Shown: positions 59,542-64,000 of the stretch, one piece after another
How the letters are laid out: each line of letters begins with the position of its first letter
Position numbering within the stretch: position 1 is the first letter of the stretch
From: an uncultured Pelagibacteraceae bacterium
Lineage (GTDB): Bacteria; Pseudomonadota; Alphaproteobacteria; Pelagibacterales; AG-422-B15
Direction: 5' to 3'
Assembly: GCA_902518415.1 (NCBI GenBank)
Contig: CABYGA010000003.1
Span: 894-64,893 of the forward strand
DNA length: 64,000 nt
Program-made: the position numbers and the translations under genes
Notes under the pieces: model-generated
Seen by the model: only the letters and a program-made list of their open reading frames with translations
What the model was told of the DNA's origin: nothing
Databases searched by the model: none

Positions 59542-60825
59542 CTATCGAGCAAATCTTTTTAGGCCTTCTGGAGTAAACATTCTATCCTCATGTGGTTCGC
59601 TTAATCTCCATTTCACTTTGGGGATATCTATGGACCTAACACTTTGAAGTTGATAACGCCTTGTTGCAAAGTCGTATGTGGCAGCATGAATAGACAAGCA
59701 CATTGGCTCATCGTAAAAATTAATAATTGGAAACTCTCTATACGCTATCATACTATCTTTACCATCGAATGTTTCCTCTACTAACATGTTGTGACTATCA
59801 GAATCAAAATACATAACCCTCTTGGGTATTATGTGCCTCTTGTCATCTTTTAACTTTGCTTCTACAACATTTACTCTAACCAGCTCATATCTTAAATAAT
59901 CTTGATTAACATGATATGGGGTCAAGACTTCTTCAACTGGGGTTTCATGAAACATATATGCATTGTATGGCATTAATCTTAGTTGCATTCCTATATCAAA
60001 CCAGTTGTACCTATCTTTTGCCCCATTAAATCCATCTGCCTGATCTACAGTTGTTAATCCCTGGCTTGCACTTGGTTTGTAATCATAACTTATGTCTGGC
60101 GCCTTTCGCACCCTTCTTGTGCCAGGATTATAGACCCATGATTTGCGAGGAGTATCAAAAGCATTCAATGACTCAATAACTAATGCAGAAGCATCTGCCA
60201 ACCTTGGAGGATAAGTTACTTTGGTCATTAACTTTCCCTGCAGTCCTTTTTCATTCTTAACAAAAGGATTCCAAAAATTTTTTGCAATAGCCTCCCCGGC
60301 TCCGTAAGTGAGAGTTTCATCTGGATTAACTATGTAAAATGGTGATGAGCCAGATATTTCGACCCCTCTATATCTTAAAATATGATTCCATACATGATGG
60401 AGAGCTTCAGTGGGATTTGGGAAAGGTATGCTCCCGATTACACCTTCCACTCCTTCACCGTTATCTACTAATAATGCATTTTCATTTGTTAACTCAAGTA
60501 CCTGTACTGGCACTGAACAACTTCTTTTAGATGGATATATATTCATTTTAAAAGTATCGGGATACATCTCAAACATCTTTATCTGACCAGGTGTTAAAAT
60601 TTGTAAATACTTGGGATAATTCTCTTTATTAATTGTAAGTATTATTGTATCAAACGCAAATGGGTCGGGATATGAGCCTAAATCAGGATTGAATTCTGGT
60701 ATAGGGACAGTAATTGGCACTCGTTCACCAATTTCATCAATTGAGAAGGTTAAATCAGCACTTACATGAAATGGGATTAATAAAAGTATTAATAAAATAT
60801 TAATTTTTCTATTCATAATAACCAT
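59542..60825 (-). CDS. secreted DUF1329-family protein (LolA-like fold, outer-membrane lipoprotein-sorting-like)
   Basis: 427 aa with a signal peptide. The segments IPFPNP..HHVWNHILRYRG, NPGTRRVRKAPDISYD, DRYNWFDIGMQLRLMPYNAY and RYELVRVNVVEAKLKDDKRHI..KRVMYFDSDSH match my recollection of DUF1329 conserved blocks. Confidence 0.7.
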   Translation of the reverse strand: MVIMNRKINILLILLLIPFHVSADLTFSIDEIGERVPITVPIPEFNPDLGSYPDPFAFDTIILTINKENYPKYLQILTPGQIKMFEMYPDTFKMNIYPSKRSCSVPVQVLELTNENALLVDNGEGVEGVIGSIPFPNPTEALHHVWNHILRYRGVEISGSSPFYIVNPDETLTYGAGEAIAKNFWNPFVKNEKGLQGKLMTKVTYPPRLADASALVIESLNAFDTPRKSWVYNPGTRRVRKAPDISYDYKPSASQGLTTVDQADGFNGAKDRYNWFDIGMQLRLMPYNAYMFHETPVEEVLTPYHVNQDYLRYELVRVNVVEAKLKDDKRHIIPKRVMYFDSDSHNMLVEETFDGKDSMIAYREFPIINFYDEPMCLSIHAATYDFATRRYQLQSVRSIDIPKVKWRLSEPHEDRMFTPEGLKRFAR

Positions 60826-60868
60826 GATAGATTTTCAAAAAATCAAATCAAGACTAATTATAATTTAT

Positions 60869-61666
60869 ATGCGAGAAAATATAAGTAATTTTGAAAAAAT
60901 AGGAAATTATATTGCTGATGAAGCTAGAACTATTTCATTAAAATACTTTAAGAAAAAATTAAAAATCATATCAAAAAATAATAAGATTTTTGATCCTGTA
61001 ACAATTGCTGACTTAAATGTTCAGAAGAGAATTAATAAAATAATTAAAAAATATTTCCCTGAACACGGAATTCTAGGCGAAGAAGCAAGTATTAAGAAGA
61101 AAAGTGATTACCAGTGGTGTATTGATCCTATTGATGGCACAAAATCATTTATTCAGGGGTTTCCTATCTGGGGCACTCTTATTTCTTTGTCTAAAAAAAA
61201 AGAAATTATTTTAGGCATAGCTGATATACCCGTACTAGATGAGCGTTATATAGGTCATTCGAAAGTATCGTACAAGATTGCAAATGGGAAAAAGACAAGA
61301 CTTAAAGTGAGAAGTACAACAAGTCTTAAAAAAAGTATTTTAAATACTACCTCCCCATATTTGTTTGCAAGCAAAAAAGATCAAAAAATATTTGAAAAAT
61401 TAGCTGAGAAAACACAGACTGTGAGGCTTGGAGGAGACTGTTATAGCTATTGTCTATTGGCAGACGGTCACATTGATATAGTTATAGAGAGTGGTCTTAA
61501 ACCTTGGGATATAAGAGCTTTAGAGCCAATAATTATTAATGCTGGTGGAGAATTAAAAACATGGGAAGGAAATAAGATACTAAACGGAGGAAGAGTTATT
61601 GCGACAGCAAATATAGAACTAAATAAGAAAGTCATTAAAGCAATGAATAAAAAAAAACCCAGCTAA
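60869..61666 (+). CDS. hisN: inositol monophosphatase-family protein, histidinol-phosphatase (HisN-type) candidate
   Basis: It has WCIDPIDGTKSF and GGDCYSYCLLADGHIDIVIE. I prefer the ATG at 60869; the upstream ATG at 60824 would overlap the divergent DUF1329 gene. Confidence 0.7.
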   Translation: MRENISNFEKIGNYIADEARTISLKYFKKKLKIISKNNKIFDPVTIADLNVQKRINKIIKKYFPEHGILGEEASIKKKSDYQWCIDPIDGTKSFIQGFPIWGTLISLSKKKEIILGIADIPVLDERYIGHSKVSYKIANGKKTRLKVRSTTSLKKSILNTTSPYLFASKKDQKIFEKLAEKTQTVRLGGDCYSYCLLADGHIDIVIESGLKPWDIRALEPIIINAGGELKTWEGNKILNGGRVIATANIELNKKVIKAMNKKKPS

Positions 61667-61685
61667 AAATAACTGGGTTTTAATT
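61651..61685. terminator. bidirectional stem-loop terminator between convergent genes
   Basis: AAAAAAACCCAG-CTAAAAATAA-CTGGGTTTTAATTT has A-run/T-run flanks, allowing function in both orientations. It includes the hisN stop codon. Confidence 0.55.
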
Positions 61686-61703
61686 TAAAAAGTTTTTTGA
61701 ATT

Positions 61704-62018
61704 TTAACCAAGTGCATCCATTACAGATTGCAGTTTCATTGCAATAGACATATCACCTGAAACTTTTAGTTTACCTTGCATAAATGCAGAAGTTCCATCA
61801 ACTTCACCTGATCTCATTTGCTCAAATGTTTCCATTGACATAGATAAGGTACAGTCAGCATCTTGATCTTGATCAGAAACAGTATTGGGATTAGATTTTC
61901 CATCCAAAAAAATACATCCCGCACCCTCAAAATCAAATTTGACAGTGGCTCCAAGACCTGTATCTTTACCCTCAATTCCTTTTTGAAACTCGGCTAATAA
62001 ACTTGCTACGTCTGCCAT
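61704..62018 (-). CDS. SCP2 sterol-binding domain protein
   Basis: 104 aa. It has ATVKFDF...DCTLSMSMETFEQMRSGEVDGTSAFMQGKLKVSGDMSIAMKL, the typical SCP2 C-terminal pattern. Confidence 0.75.
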   Translation of the reverse strand: MADVASLLAEFQKGIEGKDTGLGATVKFDFEGAGCIFLDGKSNPNTVSDQDQDADCTLSMSMETFEQMRSGEVDGTSAFMQGKLKVSGDMSIAMKLQSVMDALG

Positions 62019-62101
62019 ATATATTCTCCATAATTAATTAAGTATCACAATAAATCAATTTACATTATATATGTCAACACGTAATTTTTTTAAGTAAGCG
62101 C

Positions 62102-62722
62102 ATGATAAAACCTGATTTCTGGGAAAAAGCAAAAAAACATCTAATTAGAAAAGACAAGGCTTTGGGTAAAATAATAAAAAGCTATCCTAAAGATTTTCTT
62201 TTTTCTAAATCTGACCCCTTCTACACTCTTGCAAGATCCATTGTAGGTCAGCAGATTTCTGTAAGTGCTGCACAAGCTGTGTGGGATAGGTTTGAGAAAA
62301 AAATAAAAATAGTAAAACCTTATAATGTAAAAAATATGCACTACATGAAACTTAAATCATGTGGATTATCAAAACAAAAAATTACTTATCTAAAGAACTT
62401 ATCTGATGCATTTATAGAAAATAAAATCAAACCTAAAGATTGGAAATCCTTGGATGATGAAAAAATTATAGAGCAGTTGATACAGATAAAAGGTATTGGA
62501 AGATGGACGGCTGAAATGTTCTTAATTTTTAATTTATGCAGACCAGATATATTTCCTGTTGATGACTTGGGAGTAATAAAAGGCATCTGCGTATGCTACA
62601 GTCTAAAGTACCCAATTTCAAAAAAGCATGCTATAAAGTTGTCTGAAAAATGGAAACCATACAGGTCAGTTGCAACATGGTATTTTTGGAGAAGCCTAGA
62701 TCCAATACCGGTGGAGTACTAG
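62102..62722 (+). CDS. DNA-3-methyladenine glycosylase II (AlkA-like, HhH-GPD family)
   Basis: 206 aa with helix-hairpin-helix IKGIGRWTAEMFLIF and catalytic Asp region FPVDDLGV. Confidence 0.8.
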   Translation: MIKPDFWEKAKKHLIRKDKALGKIIKSYPKDFLFSKSDPFYTLARSIVGQQISVSAAQAVWDRFEKKIKIVKPYNVKNMHYMKLKSCGLSKQKITYLKNLSDAFIENKIKPKDWKSLDDEKIIEQLIQIKGIGRWTAEMFLIFNLCRPDIFPVDDLGVIKGICVCYSLKYPISKKHAIKLSEKWKPYRSVATWYFWRSLDPIPVEY

Positions 62723-62723
62723 T

Positions 62724-63545
62724 ATGAATAGAATTGATTTTTCTTACGCATCAAAATCAGAACATAATTTTGCTCAAAGGCTGATCATAAAAACAATAGA
62801 GACGCTCACAGGTAAAAAAAAACTAGAAAATTTATATAAAAACTATTCAGTAAATAAGATAAATCCAAAAACGTTTTGGGCAGATATTCTGTCCGAAATG
62901 AAAATTAAAATAGTTGATAGATCAAAAAATAAGCTAATTATTCCAAATAAAGGTCGCTTAATAGTTATAGCCAATCACCCATTTGGTATAATTGATGGCT
63001 TGATATTGTGCTCATTGGTATCTCAATTTAGAAATGATTTTAAAATAATGACGCATGAAACTCTTCAATTTTTACCACAATTAGAGCAATTTATTTTACC
63101 AGTTGATTTTAGCGGGCATACGAAAGACTCCAAAATTTTGAACATTCAAACAGCAAGAAAAGCAAAAGAACATCTAAGTAATAACGGAGTTCTGATTATT
63201 TTCCCATCAGGTGGCGTGTCAATCGCAAGAAGTCTCAAGTCTGAGGCAATAGATGATGATTGGAAATTATTTCCTGCAAAACTTATACATCAAACTAAAT
63301 CTGACATTCTTCCAATCTATTTTGATGGAAAAAATGGTTTATTATTTCATTTTTTTGCATCTAAATTAAAAAATCAAACTCTTAAATACTCTTCATACAT
63401 TCACGAAACGAGAAAAAAAATAGGTAAAGATATTGATATTTATTCTGGACAATTGTTAAGTTATTCTGAAATTGATAAAATTAAAGATAGAAAAGAATTA
63501 ACAAATTTTCTAAAAAATATAACCTATAAGTTGAAAGATAATTAA
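62724..63545 (+). CDS. lysophospholipid acyltransferase-family protein (PlsC-like, so-called putative hemolysin group)
   Basis: 273 aa with acyltransferase motif ANHPFGIIDG and LIIFPSGGVS. The substrate is unknown; this may be aminolipid or lysolipid acylation. Confidence 0.55.
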   Translation: MNRIDFSYASKSEHNFAQRLIIKTIETLTGKKKLENLYKNYSVNKINPKTFWADILSEMKIKIVDRSKNKLIIPNKGRLIVIANHPFGIIDGLILCSLVSQFRNDFKIMTHETLQFLPQLEQFILPVDFSGHTKDSKILNIQTARKAKEHLSNNGVLIIFPSGGVSIARSLKSEAIDDDWKLFPAKLIHQTKSDILPIYFDGKNGLLFHFFASKLKNQTLKYSSYIHETRKKIGKDIDIYSGQLLSYSEIDKIKDRKELTNFLKNITYKLKDN

Positions 63546-63572
63546 TTAAAACCAACTTTTTAAAAAAAAATA

Positions 63573-64000
63573 TTATTTAAACCTTGAGATCTCATAATCG
63601 CACATTTTTTTAATAAGCTGATTAATATTCGTCTTTGGGGACCATTTTAGAATTTTTTTAGCCTTATCTGAATTACCATAAAGAAAATTAACTTCTGTAG
63701 GTCTAAAATATTTCTTATCAATCTTAACAACAATTTTATTTGAATTTTTATCAATTGCTTTTTCGTTTATACCCTTACCTTGCCAAATAAGATCAAAGCC
63801 ATAATATTTTGCAGCTTTATTAACGAACTCTTTCACAGTATATGTCTTACCTGAAGATATGACAAAATCATTAGCTTTTTTTTGTTGCAGCATCATCCAC
63901 ATTGCCCCAACATAATCCTCAGAGTATCCCCAATCTCTTTTAGAGTAAACATTACCAAGAGTTAAATTTGATAACTCATTATATTTAACCCTAGCTAAAT
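63573..64000 (-). CDS. gmd: GDP-mannose 4,6-dehydratase, C-terminal part (5' end lies outside the window)
   Basis: The frame stays open upstream of the ORF-track Met to the window edge (..LGNVYSKRDWGYSEDYVGAMWMMLQQKKANDFVISSGKTYTVKEF..FRPTEV..). This is typical of the Gmd C-terminus. Confidence 0.8.
   Translation of the reverse strand, partial: LARVKYNELSNLTLGNVYSKRDWGYSEDYVGAMWMMLQQKKANDFVISSGKTYTVKEFVNKAAKYYGFDLIWQGKGINEKAIDKNSNKIVVKIDKKYFRPTEVNFLYGNSDKAKKILKWSPKTNINQLIKKMCDYEISRFK

Noticed and set aside
63573-64000. gmd as a truncated pseudogene (the ORF track shows only 109 aa)
   Set aside because: The reading frame stays open upstream of the listed Met to the window edge and continues the conserved Gmd sequence. 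The truncation is a window-edge artefact. The same holds for nadB at 1-968.

Overview
This is an AT-rich, extremely gene-dense chromosomal segment. Hand counts of single 60-nt lines give about 27-35% GC in most genes and up to 40-47% in a few. It carries about 80 genes, and many of them abut or overlap by 1-11 nt. Gene order is alphaproteobacterial: yebC .. tolQ-tolR-tolA-tolB-pal-cpoB-tilS-ftsH-folP-glmM, zauP-zapA-5FCL-ymdB, tkt-gap-pgk-fba-efp-suhB, split pntAA/pntAB/pntB, rpoH and DUF1013. The compactness and base composition suggest a streamlined marine alphaproteobacterium (SAR11/Pelagibacterales-like); that assignment is inference only. I saw no rRNA, CRISPR array, IS element, integrase or prophage. 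Two tRNAs are present, Arg-UCG and Val-GAC. Most of the window is housekeeping. The accessory part lies at about 9.2-25.7 kb. A small tRNA-Arg-flanked set of orphan genes comes first. Then follows the most interesting locus, two divergent tightly packed operons: ALDH / acetoacetyl-CoA synthetase / BBOX-like dioxygenase / HD protein, opposite BKACE / carnitine-dehydrogenase-like / second BBOX-like dioxygenase. Next to them are a proXWV betaine-type ABC importer, an EamA transporter and betA. I read this as a quaternary-amine catabolic island funnelling gamma-butyrobetaine, carnitine, choline and possibly a trimethylated aminophosphonate into glycine betaine. The dioxygenase-HD pair resembles the TmpA/TmpB (PhnY/PhnZ) oxidative C-P cleavage couple. 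Four genes below the 60-aa ORF-track cutoff were found by manual translation: rpsU (apparently with an AUA start preceded by a coupled 16-codon uORF), rpmJ, a 44-aa basic ORF coupled to rpmJ, and a 36-aa CoxIV-like membrane peptide upstream of pntAA. A 38-aa lipoprotein ORF was found the same way. Other notable points are an Hjc-like PD-(D/E)XK nuclease in the slot usually taken by ruvC, a possible RNA thermometer before ibpA, and an intrinsic terminator between proX and proW.
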